A stretch of DNA of 64,000 nucleotides from an uncultured virus (IMG/VR IMGVR_UViG_3300012953_002453) (IMGVR_UViG_3300012953_002453), one strand, 5' to 3'. Counted from the first letter of the stretch, positions 17,780 to 28,099 are shown. The notes: a model not told the origin generated them from the letters alone. Made by a program: numbers and translations.

Positions 17780-17950
17780 AATTAAGTCCTCCCATTTTCA
17801 TTAATTGATATAATAGTATCACAAACCTGATTAGTTGTCAAGCTGCCAATAAACCCACATTTTACACTATTTTTAGGAAAAACGAGGGGCCTAGAGGGCG
17901 CTGTAGAGGGTTTGGGATAGTCCCGTGTATGATTGCTCATTGGGATTTTA

Positions 17951-18190
17951 CTACTTTTTTGCACTTTTCTTCTTCTTTCTTTTTCCAGTCAAGTAATGTA
18001 CTTGCTGTTTCTTTTTAAATTTAAGAGGTAATTCCATCTGACTATTCTTTTCAGATTTTCTAATATAACTCTTAATATTCTTCATTAAGTTATTACATAT
18101 CTTTCTACAAGATGATAACTCAATGAGCATATAAACCATACCGCCTCCTACAATAGAAAGTAATATGATTGTAAACATAGCGTCTTGCAT
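17951..18190 (-). CDS. Hypothetical membrane-anchored basic protein
   Basis: AGGAG SD, N-terminal TM. Confidence 0.6.
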   Translation of the reverse strand: MQDAMFTIILLSIVGGGMVYMLIELSSCRKICNNLMKNIKSYIRKSEKNSQMELPLKFKKKQQVHYLTGKRKKKKSAKK

Positions 18191-18199
18191 ATTGTCTCC

Positions 18200-18412
18200 T
18201 TATCTTATATCGTCAAAAGGATCATTTGCTAAATCTCCTAATGGCATTTTGTTAGTGTCTTTTGGTGCATATTCAGCTTCAAAGTCTGCGACTTCTTTTT
18301 CTCTATATGCAATACCTTCATCAACCTTCTTAATGGCCATTGGTACATTGCCACTTTGAAGTTGGTCTTTGATTTCTTTTAGTTCTTCAATGACCGTCAT
18401 TACATCAATCAT
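18200..18412 (-). CDS. Hypothetical protein
   Basis: ORF track, early-gene cluster. Confidence 0.65.
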   Translation of the reverse strand: MIDVMTVIEELKEIKDQLQSGNVPMAIKKVDEGIAYREKEVADFEAEYAPKDTNKMPLGDLANDPFDDIR

Positions 18413-18417
18413 TTTTT

Positions 18418-18708
18418 CTACTTACCCTCTTTGCTATCGTTTTCTAAATTGATACTAATATCTATATCACTCTTATTCTTCTCGGTCAGGTTGTCTTCAA
18501 TCTGACTAAAATAACACCAGTGTGTTCCTGTCTCTCCTGAATAGGTAACAGCACCTGTATAGTTTAAATCTGTATCATATGTTTGGGCATTCAAACTTGT
18601 GTCGTTCTCAGCCGCAATATCAGTTTTTTCTGTTGCGATACCGATATTAATTATCTCGCCAGTTCTTCCGTGATTACCTAAAATTGTATCTCCTACATTA
18701 ATTATCAT
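18418..18708 (-). CDS. Hypothetical protein
   Basis: GGAGG SD. Confidence 0.65.
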   Translation of the reverse strand: MIINVGDTILGNHGRTGEIINIGIATEKTDIAAENDTSLNAQTYDTDLNYTGAVTYSGETGTHWCYFSQIEDNLTEKNKSDIDISINLENDSKEGK

Positions 18709-19129
18709 TCTTATATCCTCCTACTAGTTTATTCAAATGTTTGTGTTCATATTGTTGTGTTAACATTGGTGCAAAATCGTATTTAAAGAATTGTCTACCA
18801 TTCCATAGTTGACCATAATCGTTAAATAAAGCGTTGTCTTTATCTATAACAACATCTTCACCAAATACATCTTCGTAAGTTTCATAATACTTGTCGCCGT
18901 GTATCATTTCAACTTTACTACTACCTGTAGCGTTTACAGCACTTTCTGTATAGTGTTTGTCGCAATAGGTTTTAATTCTTTTTTGAAATTCTTTGTCGTT
19001 TAGTCTGTTCAACTGACTTAAAGGAACATTTCTAAAGATAGTGTGATAGATGTGGAAGTATTCCATATCTTCTTCATCATAGTATTCAATACCGTAAACT
19101 AAATTTAAACTAGAACCTTTTGTCATCAT
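18698..19129 (-). CDS. Hypothetical protein
   Basis: ORF track. Confidence 0.7.
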   Translation of the reverse strand: MMTKGSSLNLVYGIEYYDEEDMEYFHIYHTIFRNVPLSQLNRLNDKEFQKRIKTYCDKHYTESAVNATGSSKVEMIHGDKYYETYEDVFGEDVVIDKDNALFNDYGQLWNGRQFFKYDFAPMLTQQYEHKHLNKLVGGYKNDN

Positions 19130-19202
19130 TATGATAGTACCTTTCTCAATAGTATTATTATAGTCATCATTGTAAACATCATTATAAAAAAACTAGTAAT
19201 CA

Positions 19203-19343
19203 TTAAGTCAACCTCACCAAGATTATTACTTGTAAAACTAAAATTGCAATCGGTATGATAGTTCTAATAAATTCCATAGTGTGATTGTATTCGTCTAGTT
19301 TTCTCTCAAATTTATTTCTTTTTTTATCTTTATAATTTTTCAT
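19203..19343 (-). CDS. Small membrane protein (46 aa)
   Basis: Manual ORF MKNYKDKKRNKFERKLDEYNHTMEFIRT...; TAATG coupling. Confidence 0.55.
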   Translation of the reverse strand: MKNYKDKKRNKFERKLDEYNHTMEFIRTIIPIAILVLQVIILVRLT

Positions 19344-19549
19344 TAAGCGAATAAACCTGAATTGTTTTCAGCAGTTTCTATTACTTCATCAACATTGTAC
19401 TCATCAATTGACATCAAGTCAATACCATCTGTTTTTAAGATTTCAGATTTACATTTGTTGTAGTCAATATCACCTTTAGTATATTTCTCTAAAAGTTTGT
19501 CTACTGCTTTTTCAGCTTCGTCCCAATAATATTGCATTACTTTACTCAT
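19343..19549 (-). CDS. Hypothetical early protein
   Basis: AAGGAG SD; extended promoter at 19602-19643. Confidence 0.7.
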   Translation of the reverse strand: MSKVMQYYWDEAEKAVDKLLEKYTKGDIDYNKCKSEILKTDGIDLMSIDEYNVDEVIETAENNSGLFA

Positions 19550-19601
19550 AGTGTGGTTCTCCTTTGTTATTTAATTGTTCTTTTGTCTTATTCATACTCA
19601 T

Positions 19602-19643
19602 ATAATACATCATTTCGCAATCATTGTCAAGCAAAAAACGAGC
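19602..19643 (-). promoter_or_regulatory. Extended early promoter GCTCGTTTTTTGCTTGACA-17-TATTAT
   Basis: Repeated motif. Confidence 0.8.
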
Positions 19644-19649
19644 ATATTA

Positions 19650-19892
19650 TTAAAATAAATACCCTAATTTATAACATATTCCAACGATTGAAACGATAGA
19701 AAGTGTCAAATTTGTGATTATTAAGGATAGTTCTTTCCACATAATACCTACGATACACCATATCAACCCTCCTAGCACCATTACTAGAGGGCCTAAAGGG
19801 TATATTCCAAGTGAATTAATACCTGTTCCAAGTATCAAAGTGAAGGTTCCTAACCATTTTAGTGTGTTTTGTATAGTGTGTTTTTTCATCAT
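19650..19892 (-). CDS. 3-TM membrane protein, probable paralog of 2245..2562
   Basis: LKW.GT...IYPLG...W..VG..WKE.SLI..N; start revised to the ATG just below the -10 box. Confidence 0.7.
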   Translation of the reverse strand: MMKKHTIQNTLKWLGTFTLILGTGINSLGIYPLGPLVMVLGGLIWCIVGIMWKELSLIITNLTLSIVSIVGICYKLGYLF

Positions 19893-19976
19893 ATATACAT
19901 AATACCATACTTTTAATAGTATGTCAAGCACTTTTTTGGTTATTTTTGAAGTTTTTTTGTTGATTTTACTGACTTT

Positions 19977-20228
19977 TTAGATAAGCCAGTTGTACATTGC
20001 TCTCATAGATAGTAGTAAATACATCAATTCCATCAATGCTCTAGGATAATCTTTATCTCTATATCCAAACCAGACCCACATCATACACGCTATAATTGAT
20101 AAAAACCAACCTAGCCATTGTGTGTCTACATTTGCTTCTGATAAGATGAATACGGAAGAAACTGCGATTGCAAGTCCTATCCACCTGTCTTTATTTTTTA
20201 TCTTTTTCCATATACTGGTCATAGCCAC
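19977..20228 (-). CDS. 3-TM membrane protein (PnuC/SemiSWEET half-transporter-like)
   Basis: RWIG...GW.LS.....W..FG..DKD....Y......YNW. Confidence 0.55.
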   Translation of the reverse strand: MAMTSIWKKIKNKDRWIGLAIAVSSVFILSEANVDTQWLGWFLSIIACMMWVWFGYRDKDYPRALMELMYLLLSMRAMYNWLI

Positions 20229-20769
20229 CTCTAACTATAAAATAACTATCTACTATGTCGGTAACAGGATTTTTCAAAGTTTGTTGGTCTAATTGTTCCA
20301 TAAGATTTACACCCGTTTCCTCGTAAAACTTATCGTACATTTTCTCTTTGTCTGCGTTTCCTTTACCTGTAGCAAGTTTCTTTACTACGCTAGGCACTAC
20401 GGTATCAAACTTGATACCTTTCTTGTATAACTTATGTTTTAATAAACCAGTATTTTCTGCAAGGTTAAATACTCTACCTTTACTACCAAATGAGTAATCT
20501 TCAATAAACACTCTAGGATTTATTGTATGTCCTACACTCTTACTGAATACCCAATCACTAATTTTATCGTGTCGTTCTTGTTCAGTATTCCATTCAGGCA
20601 TAAGATTTCCTACTATCTTACCATCTAAAAATACACCTTCATATTTCTTAACGGTTGTTAAGTAGTAAAACTTACAATTCTGTAATGGGTCGTCTACTAA
20701 TGGTCGTTCATCAACAACACATACAGCAGGACAAGTTAATGAGTAATCAATTCCAATTATCTTCGTCAT
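20191..20769 (-). CDS. RuvC-like (RNase H fold) endonuclease
   Basis: IIGIDYSL, FIEDYS, KKLATGKGNADKE.M, DIVDSY. Confidence 0.8.
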   Translation of the reverse strand: MTKIIGIDYSLTCPAVCVVDERPLVDDPLQNCKFYYLTTVKKYEGVFLDGKIVGNLMPEWNTEQERHDKISDWVFSKSVGHTINPRVFIEDYSFGSKGRVFNLAENTGLLKHKLYKKGIKFDTVVPSVVKKLATGKGNADKEKMYDKFYEETGVNLMEQLDQQTLKNPVTDIVDSYFIVRGGYDQYMEKDKK

Positions 20770-20917
20770 CTGTGGTATCCTCTGTTAAAACATCATCTTC
20801 AGGTTCGTCTATTGAGCCTCCACAAAACGGACAAGTTATTGGTTCCAGTTCGTCATTTTTCCACGATATTGTAAACTCCTCTTCGCAATGAGGACATTCG
20901 TATTTTGCTTTTTCCAT
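20747..20917 (-). CDS. Small zinc-ribbon protein (56 aa) with acidic tail
   Basis: Manual ORF MEKAKYECPHC...TCPFCG. Confidence 0.75.
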   Translation of the reverse strand: MEKAKYECPHCEEEFTISWKNDELEPITCPFCGGSIDEPEDDVLTEDTTDDEDNWN

Positions 20918-22020
20918 TATAATTTAAATTTCTTAAACTGGTCTTTTTCAACATCTTGTTTGATACCACCAATAACATAACTTTCTATTTCTGTCTCTTG
21001 TGGTGCGTTTTGTAAACTTCTGCTGTTAAACCAATGTTCAGTCCACGGTAAAGGATTAGCATTACCTTGTTCATAGATTGGTTTAATACCAATTGCTTTC
21101 ATTCTTTTGTTTGCTGTCCATTCTACATAATTGTGTAATAACTTTTCAGAAAGTCCTACCATAGAACCTTTTGAGAATAGATATGTTGCCCAACGCTTCT
21201 CTTCTTCTACTGCGTCTTTGTACATTTGTTCAACAAACTTTTCATTATTTTTTATAACCTTATTCATAACCTTATCGTTTTCAGGACCACGATAGTTATT
21301 AATAATTCTTTGTGATACGGCAAGGTGTTGTGATTCGTCTCTAGCAATAAAAGAGATAATCTTTGCACTACCTTCCATAAGTTTTAGTTCACCAAATGCA
21401 AAACTACAAGCAAAAGAAACATAAAATCTTAAACCTTCTAATATGTTTACGGTTACAAGTGTTCTCCATAGTTTTTCTTTTAAATCATACTCATCAACTT
21501 TATTACCTAATTGATGTTTCATACCTGTAGTGATAAAGTCATCATAGGCATTGGTTACTGATTTACTTCTTCGTTCAATCTTTTCATCTGTTATAATAGT
21601 ATCAAATATTTCTGCTGGGTCTGAATACAAGTTCTTAATAATGTATGTATAACTTCTACTATGAATTGTTTCCATAAAGTCCCAGGTTACAATACAGCCT
21701 TCTAGTTCTGGTAATGATACGAAAGGTAAAAACGCAAGACACGGACCTCTACCTTGTACACTATCTAACATAGTTTGATATTTTAGATTAGATGTAAAGA
21801 TAAACTTCTGTTCTGGTCTTAATGCTGACCAATCAGACCTGTCTTTCTGCAAAGATACTTCTTCAGGTCTCCAGAAAAAACCTAATTGTTGTTGTGTAAG
21901 TTTATCAAAGATAGGATATTTCATATTATCGTATCTTTGAACCTGTAGTTCCTCACCAAAAAACATAGGTTGTTTAGTGTAGTCTATTGATTTTCCTTTA
22001 TTGAATACCGTATTGCTCAA
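20917..22020 (-). CDS. nrdB: Ribonucleotide reductase class Ia beta subunit
   Basis: FFWRPEEV, LDSVQGR, ETIHSRSY, EGLRFYVSF, DESQH. Confidence 0.98.
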   Translation of the reverse strand: MSNTVFNKGKSIDYTKQPMFFGEELQVQRYDNMKYPIFDKLTQQQLGFFWRPEEVSLQKDRSDWSALRPEQKFIFTSNLKYQTMLDSVQGRGPCLAFLPFVSLPELEGCIVTWDFMETIHSRSYTYIIKNLYSDPAEIFDTIITDEKIERRSKSVTNAYDDFITTGMKHQLGNKVDEYDLKEKLWRTLVTVNILEGLRFYVSFACSFAFGELKLMEGSAKIISFIARDESQHLAVSQRIINNYRGPENDKVMNKVIKNNEKFVEQMYKDAVEEEKRWATYLFSKGSMVGLSEKLLHNYVEWTANKRMKAIGIKPIYEQGNANPLPWTEHWFNSRSLQNAPQETEIESYVIGGIKQDVEKDQFKKFKL

Positions 22021-22039
22021 TTTTATTTCCTCTTATTCT

Positions 22040-24406
22040 TTAAATATTACAAGCTTCACATTCACCGTCATCTTCTACGACAGGAACCGAAACTTCTGTT
22101 TGTGTGTCTTGTAAGACATTCTTGTTTTGCTCTGGTTGAAGATTAACACTACCTACGATTTGTTCATCATAAGTCATAGGGTGCATAGGTTCATCTTCTT
22201 TCTTACCGTCATAAGTGTTTTGATAGTAAGATGTTTTCCAACCATACTTATATGTATTTAACAAGTCTTGTGCCATTGTAGATACAGGGACTTGGTTTTC
22301 TTCAAAAAGTTCTGGATTGTATGACCAGTTACCTGATATACCTTGGTCAAAATACTTCTGCATTACTGCAACGATATTTATATAACCTTCATTACTCTTC
22401 ATATCCCATAATAAAGTATAGTTATTCTTTAGTCTTGCATAGTCAGGTACAACTTGTTTCAATGTACCTTTCTTACTCTTCTTAACTGATAGATAATCTC
22501 TAGGTGGTTCAATGCCGTTTGTAGCATTGGAAACCACGCTAGATGATTCAGAAGGCATTTGAGCGGAGAGAGTGCTGTGTCTTAGCCCATATTGCATAAT
22601 ATCTTTTCTTAATGCTTCCCAATCAAAGCTGAGTTTACGATTTACAATCTCATCAACTTCTTTTTTGTAAGTATCAATAGGTAAGATACCATCTGAATAT
22701 TTTGTCCTGTCAAAGTAATCACACTTTGTTTTTTCTTTTGCAATTTCATTACTTGCTTTCAACAGGTAGTATTGGAAACTTTCTGTTAGTTTATCAACTT
22801 CTTTCCACGCCAGCTTTTGGTCATAATTAAAACCTTTCTTCGCTAGATAGTGTGCAAGTCCGATATAACCAATACCTAAACTTCTTCGTGCCTTTGTAGA
22901 GATTTCAGCAGCTCTTACTGGATACTTCTGATGGTCTATAATCTCTTCTAATGCTCTTACTGATAAGTCGCATAAACTTTCTAACTCATCTAAATTCTTT
23001 AATAGTCCTACATTGATTGCACTTAAAATACATAATGCGATTTCACCATCACCATCTATATGTTCAATAGGGTCTGTAGGTAATGTAATTTCTTGGCATA
23101 GATTAGACATATTAACTTTGTCTTTAAAAGAAGAGTGAGAGTTAGCGTGGTCAATATTCATAATGTACATACGACCTGTTTCTGCTCTTTCTTTTAATAA
23201 GTCCATAAACAATTTTTGTGTACTTACTTTCTTTCTAAAAATCTTTGTATCTTTCTCATACTTCTTGTACAACTCATCAAACTCTGGTGTACCAAAAGCG
23301 TCATAAAGACCTGGTGTTTCGTGTGGAGAAAATAATGTCATTTCTTCATCATTAATAAATCTCTCGTAAAATAGTTTTGATAATTGAATTGAGTAATCTA
23401 ATTTTCTAACTCTATTATCTTCACTACCTTTGTTATTCTTTAGAACAATAATGTCTTCTATTTCTTTATGCCAGATAGGAAAGTGTACCGTAGCACAACC
23501 ACCTCTTACACCGTTTTGTGTACAAGATTTTACGGTTGCTTCAAACTTCTTTAAGAAAGGAACAACACCTGTATGTGCAACTTCACCACCTCTAATTCTA
23601 CTATTGATACCTCTAATACGACCTGCATTGATACCTATACCTGCTCTTTGTGCTGTGTAATAACCAATCGCTGTATCACTGCTAAAGATACTAGGAAGAC
23701 TATCTGCAACATCTACAAGTACACAACTAGCATATTGTTTCATAGGGGTTCTAACACCCGCCATAACAGGCGTAGGAATGTTTATCTTAAATTGTGAGAT
23801 AGCATTGTAATACTTTTTAATATATGATAATCTTTTGTTTTTTGGATACTTCGCAAAGATTGTAGCCGCAATCATCATATACATAAATTGTGGTGTCTCA
23901 AAGATTGTACCACTACTTCTGTCTTGTACAAGATATTTATCCATAACTTGTCTTAATCCAGCATATGTAAAATTATAATCTCTATCGTGGTCAATCATAG
24001 TATTCATTCTATCAAAGTCACCTTCATCATATTGTACTAAAATGTCTTCGTCATAGACACCTAACTTTACACACTTCTTTGTGTGAGCAAACAAATGAGG
24101 ATGGTCCCATAGTTTACCATTGATACTTTTTCTTAAACTATAAAGAAGAAGTCTACTTGCAACATATTGATAGTTTGGATATTCTAATGAGATTAAGTCT
24201 GAAGCAGACCTAATTAAAATCTGTTGTATTTGGTCTGTAGGAATATTATCATAAAATTGTAAACCACTATTCATTTCAACTTGACTTGATGAAACACCTT
24301 TTATATCTTCACAAGCATATTCTACCATATCGTGTATCTTGTCAATATTCAAAGGCTCTTGTCCACGCCCATTTCTTTTTATAACATTAATTTGTTTTTC
24401 AGTCAT
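22040..24406 (-). CDS. nrdA: Ribonucleotide reductase class Ia alpha subunit with ATP cone
   Basis: VIKRNG ATP cone, SNLCQEI, ALCILSA, KTSYY, C-terminal CEAC. Confidence 0.98.
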   Translation of the reverse strand: MTEKQINVIKRNGRGQEPLNIDKIHDMVEYACEDIKGVSSSQVEMNSGLQFYDNIPTDQIQQILIRSASDLISLEYPNYQYVASRLLLYSLRKSINGKLWDHPHLFAHTKKCVKLGVYDEDILVQYDEGDFDRMNTMIDHDRDYNFTYAGLRQVMDKYLVQDRSSGTIFETPQFMYMMIAATIFAKYPKNKRLSYIKKYYNAISQFKINIPTPVMAGVRTPMKQYASCVLVDVADSLPSIFSSDTAIGYYTAQRAGIGINAGRIRGINSRIRGGEVAHTGVVPFLKKFEATVKSCTQNGVRGGCATVHFPIWHKEIEDIIVLKNNKGSEDNRVRKLDYSIQLSKLFYERFINDEEMTLFSPHETPGLYDAFGTPEFDELYKKYEKDTKIFRKKVSTQKLFMDLLKERAETGRMYIMNIDHANSHSSFKDKVNMSNLCQEITLPTDPIEHIDGDGEIALCILSAINVGLLKNLDELESLCDLSVRALEEIIDHQKYPVRAAEISTKARRSLGIGYIGLAHYLAKKGFNYDQKLAWKEVDKLTESFQYYLLKASNEIAKEKTKCDYFDRTKYSDGILPIDTYKKEVDEIVNRKLSFDWEALRKDIMQYGLRHSTLSAQMPSESSSVVSNATNGIEPPRDYLSVKKSKKGTLKQVVPDYARLKNNYTLLWDMKSNEGYINIVAVMQKYFDQGISGNWSYNPELFEENQVPVSTMAQDLLNTYKYGWKTSYYQNTYDGKKEDEPMHPMTYDEQIVGSVNLQPEQNKNVLQDTQTEVSVPVVEDDGECEACNI

Positions 24407-24418
24407 CTATTTCTCCTA

Positions 24419-25429
24419 CTATGCTTTTCTATAATTTGTTAAAACTTGTTTCGCTGATAATTTTGAATATGTGTTGATACTTATAATCTCTTGTAGTTGC
24501 ACTTTAGATACACCTGTCATAATTAAGTCATTAACATCTTTGAGTTGTATATCTTCTGGCCAAATAAAAATGTTGTAACCTAAATCAATTATCTTTTCCA
24601 TTCGTTTAATTATTTCTTTGTTTCTCGGTTCGTTATCAAATATATATGTCACCTTTTCAGGATTATATTTACTATCTAGCGTCAAATCAGCGCCGCCGGC
24701 TGCAATACTATTTTCAATAAACAAACTATCAATAGGACCTTCTACAACATAAATGTGTTGTGCAAAGTTTACTCTTTCTAATCCGAATATCTTATCTTTG
24801 TCTTCGTCTAACTTAATGGTTACATACTTTGGTGTCTCTTTACCAAAGGCACGACCTTGATAGGCGAATATTTTACCGTCTGTATCATAGAACGGTATCA
24901 CTAGTCTTGGATGGTCATACTTACTAGTGTTGTATTTACGAGGTGCGATTTTGTGTGCCCACTCGTAAAACTTATGACATAAGAAAAGTTTGTCAAAATA
25001 CTTTTCAGGTATCATTCTCTTCTCCACATACTCTCGTACTGGATGTTTGTCTTCTAAATTTGATATTGCCGTAAGTTCAGATATGTAGTCATTCTCTATC
25101 TTTAACTTCGGTTTAAAATCAAACTTAAACTCTGGTTTTGGTGTCGCTGGTGCGTCCGACTTATATCTTTCTAATAGATATTTTTCATAGACTTTTGGGT
25201 CTATGTGTTTTAGAAAGTTAGCGAGGTTCTGACCCATACCACAATTATGGCATTTGAAAAACATATCGTTTTTCTTACGGTAGAAATAACCTCTGGACTT
25301 TAGTTTGGACTTTTGACTATCACCACAATGGGGACATCTAAAGTTAAATAGATAGTCACCTTTTTTCTTAAAATGACCTAGTCGGGCCGAGATTTCGTTG
25401 ATGAATTTTAAATCTGTATAACTTGACAT
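24419..25429 (-). CDS. T4 gp61-like DNA primase
   Basis: CPHCGDS...CHNCG zinc finger, EGPIDSLF, DNEPRN, KDVND. Confidence 0.95.
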   Translation of the reverse strand: MSSYTDLKFINEISARLGHFKKKGDYLFNFRCPHCGDSQKSKLKSRGYFYRKKNDMFFKCHNCGMGQNLANFLKHIDPKVYEKYLLERYKSDAPATPKPEFKFDFKPKLKIENDYISELTAISNLEDKHPVREYVEKRMIPEKYFDKLFLCHKFYEWAHKIAPRKYNTSKYDHPRLVIPFYDTDGKIFAYQGRAFGKETPKYVTIKLDEDKDKIFGLERVNFAQHIYVVEGPIDSLFIENSIAAGGADLTLDSKYNPEKVTYIFDNEPRNKEIIKRMEKIIDLGYNIFIWPEDIQLKDVNDLIMTGVSKVQLQEIISINTYSKLSAKQVLTNYRKA

Positions 25430-25490
25430 TTAGCACTCTTTAATTAATATAGTACACATCATACTATATCTTATGCTATTTGTCAAGCAC

Positions 25491-25967
25491 CTATGATACT
25501 TTCATTAATTCTACAACTAATGGGAAATTTCTTGCTAAAATGAAACCTATTACTATAGAACCACCGATTATTAAGTACTTCCACTTCTCTAGCATATTTA
25601 CCTTTTCTCCTAGAGAGTTCTTAATACTTCGTATTTCGTTCATAATACGCTTTTCAGTCATATCTATATTATCTTTTAGTTGTCTATATCTCGCTTCAGT
25701 ATCTTCTTGTCTGTCCTTTAACTTTGAGAAGATAATTTCATCTAATTTTTCTGCTTGGTTTAACTTTTCTTCGTGTACAGCTAACATTGATTTAATACCA
25801 CTACTGATATTAGTTAACTTGTCAATCGCTGTGTCTAGTCTTTTATGTACCATATTGCTCTGTTGAAGTTCCGATTTCAACACCTCTATACTTGTACGGT
25901 TATCGTACACTTCTTTTGATAGTGAAGTTATGGTTGCCCTTGTTTCACCGTTTCCTGTTGTAGACAT
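25491..25967 (-). CDS. Coiled-coil protein with C-terminal TM
   Basis: MLAVHEEKL, LEKWKY..IGG. Confidence 0.7.
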   Translation of the reverse strand: MSTTGNGETRATITSLSKEVYDNRTSIEVLKSELQQSNMVHKRLDTAIDKLTNISSGIKSMLAVHEEKLNQAEKLDEIIFSKLKDRQEDTEARYRQLKDNIDMTEKRIMNEIRSIKNSLGEKVNMLEKWKYLIIGGSIVIGFILARNFPLVVELMKVS

Positions 25968-25991
25968 AGCGACTTATTCTCCCAAAGTCAA

Positions 25992-26324
25992 TTAACCCGC
26001 TAGCGGATTTTTTGCTTTTAATTTAAGTTCTTGGATTTGTAGTTTTAAGACTTCAATTTCTTTCTCGTTTACTTTTGTTTGTGTTTTGTTCTTTTGTACA
26101 CTACCAGAAATATCAGCAGGTATATTACCTTCTAATTCTGTAATCTTAATTTCTAATGCTTTAATTGATTCTTGTAGAGGTGCAATATTAACACCTTTTC
26201 TTTCTTCTAATGCGTTCATTTTAGTAGTCAATTCTCCGTATTTAACGAATCCACCACCAATAGCAACTACGGCTGCGATTAAAGCTGCCACACTTGCCAA
26301 GTTATCTTTTAATTGTTTTATCAT
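25992..26324 (-). CDS. Membrane-anchored coiled-coil protein
   Basis: N-terminal TM, C-terminal NPL. Confidence 0.7.
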   Translation of the reverse strand: MIKQLKDNLASVAALIAAVVAIGGGFVKYGELTTKMNALEERKGVNIAPLQESIKALEIKITELEGNIPADISGSVQKNKTQTKVNEKEIEVLKLQIQELKLKAKNPLAG

Positions 26325-28099
26325 AGTTGTTTCCTTAATTGTTCTAGTTCAATTTTTAGTCTGTTTTCCTCAGTCTTAATTCTGTCTAACTCAATTCGTT
26401 GACTAGTCAGCGGGTCGTTATCAGTATATTTTGCTAAGGTTACACCTTTATATATTTGTGTTTGTTCTATATTTAGTTGATTAAAGAAATCTACATTCCC
26501 ATCAGGTAGTTGAGTAGAAGAGTAAAAGGACTGATTTTTATATGAAGACATATCAGGAGCGTTATCACTCATTGCCTTTAGTGTTATAAATTGTACTGCT
26601 TTTACTTTCTGGTCTACCGTCATTAATGTATTCTCTAATTTCTTAATAATCTTTTCTACTTTGGCACTTATGCTGCTTGCGATATTCTTCTCATCTCCGC
26701 TATCAACATCTGTTTCCTTTGTTGTGCCAGTCTCATCTGCATCCAATTTTTCTTCATTTGTCGTCTCCGTCTCCTCTCCTTCTGTTTTCGTATCTTCGTC
26801 CACAGAAGATTCAGTTGACTTCTCTTCTGTGTTCTCACTTGCCTTAGGTTCACTCTCACTGCTTGTCTCATCTTCTTTAATAGTCTCGGTGTTATTAGGT
26901 TCTGGTTCAGTTGAATTTGAATTACTTGCATTTGATTCCTCGGTGTTAGTTTCTTCTATTTTTTCTTCTTTAATAGTTTCTTCTTCCATAGGTTTTTCAG
27001 TTATAACATTAGTTTCCTCCATTTTAGTTTCTTTTGGTGTTTCTTGTATATTCAACTCTTCTTTCATCATATTACCAACTTCTTCAAAAAATTCTTCTTC
27101 TGTTATATTCTCTTGTACTAGTGCTGTTTCAAATTCTTGTGTAAGATTTTCTTTGACTAAAACTTCTTTAAAGTTTTGTACAAACATAGTTTCTAATTGT
27201 TCTATCTTTAATTCGTTTATATTTATTTCTTGTAATTCTAATTCCTTTATTTCAGGAACAAATTCTAAAGTTTCTATCTCTTCTAATTGTGTAAGATTAA
27301 TTTCTTCAAGTACTTTTAACTTTTCAGTTAAATCTTCTTGTGCTTCTTCTAACAATTCATTTGTTAAATCTAATTCTGCTTGTGTCTCTTCTGTAATTGC
27401 TGTATAGTCTATATCTAATAGAGTTGCATTTAAACTAGCACCTAATAAGTTAGGACCAATAAGACCTTGGTGGTTAGGAGAGCTACCATCAGTACCTTGC
27501 CACTCCCACTCATAGTTTCTTGCACCTGTACCAGAGTGAGTTATGCTATCTGTATATGTAAATGAGTTATTACCATAACCAGCGTCATTGTTTCTAGTAA
27601 ATGTGGTTACACCTAAAACATTATCGTTGGCGTCTGTAATTTTGATTGTTGTTGAAAAAGTATCTCTGGCACCACCACCTGTACTATAACCACCACATCT
27701 ATAACTTGAAGAGTTCCATTCGCAATTCTGTATCTCGGTAACACCGTCTAGTCTAACACCACCATCTAAACTATCAGTTGTAGTTGTGTGTGAACCACCA
27801 TTTTGTTTTGTAGTTGTGATACCTAGTAGAGTACCATCAGCAGAAATTGAACCTTGACCTTTTACTTCAAATTCATTAGTAAAAAGTTGTCCGTTGCTAT
27901 CATAAGTCCAGCCAGAGTTGACTTGACCTGAGCCTACTTTATCGGGTGTGTAAGAATCTGTTGTGTTTTGTGAGTTTGATTGGCCTGCACCTGCGTTAGG
28001 TAGCAAGTTACCAGATGTTGCTGTCTCGGCCTTAATCTCGTTTACGGAAATTATAAGGATTAAGGTCGTCAGCAAGTTTATCACATTTAAACCACGCAT
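26321..28099 (-). CDS. Large exported protein: Gly/Thr/Ser-rich N-terminal domain, Glu-rich low-complexity linker, coiled-coil C-terminus
   Basis: ORF track; composition. Confidence 0.75.
   Translation of the reverse strand: MRGLNVINLLTTLILIISVNEIKAETATSGNLLPNAGAGQSNSQNTTDSYTPDKVGSGQVNSGWTYDSNGQLFTNEFEVKGQGSISADGTLLGITTTKQNGGSHTTTTDSLDGGVRLDGVTEIQNCEWNSSSYRCGGYSTGGGARDTFSTTIKITDANDNVLGVTTFTRNNDAGYGNNSFTYTDSITHSGTGARNYEWEWQGTDGSSPNHQGLIGPNLLGASLNATLLDIDYTAITEETQAELDLTNELLEEAQEDLTEKLKVLEEINLTQLEEIETLEFVPEIKELELQEININELKIEQLETMFVQNFKEVLVKENLTQEFETALVQENITEEEFFEEVGNMMKEELNIQETPKETKMEETNVITEKPMEEETIKEEKIEETNTEESNASNSNSTEPEPNNTETIKEDETSSESEPKASENTEEKSTESSVDEDTKTEGEETETTNEEKLDADETGTTKETDVDSGDEKNIASSISAKVEKIIKKLENTLMTVDQKVKAVQFITLKAMSDNAPDMSSYKNQSFYSSTQLPDGNVDFFNQLNIEQTQIYKGVTLAKYTDNDPLTSQRIELDRIKTEENRLKIELEQLRKQL

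Noticed and set aside
17782..17964. 60-aa minus-strand ORF
   Set aside because: It spans a promoter and the SD of the next gene, and its composition is atypical.
19893..19931. N-terminal extension MLDILLKVWYYVY of ORF 19650..19931
   Set aside because: It is the translated promoter (GTGCTTGACA...TATTAT); the real start is probably 19892.
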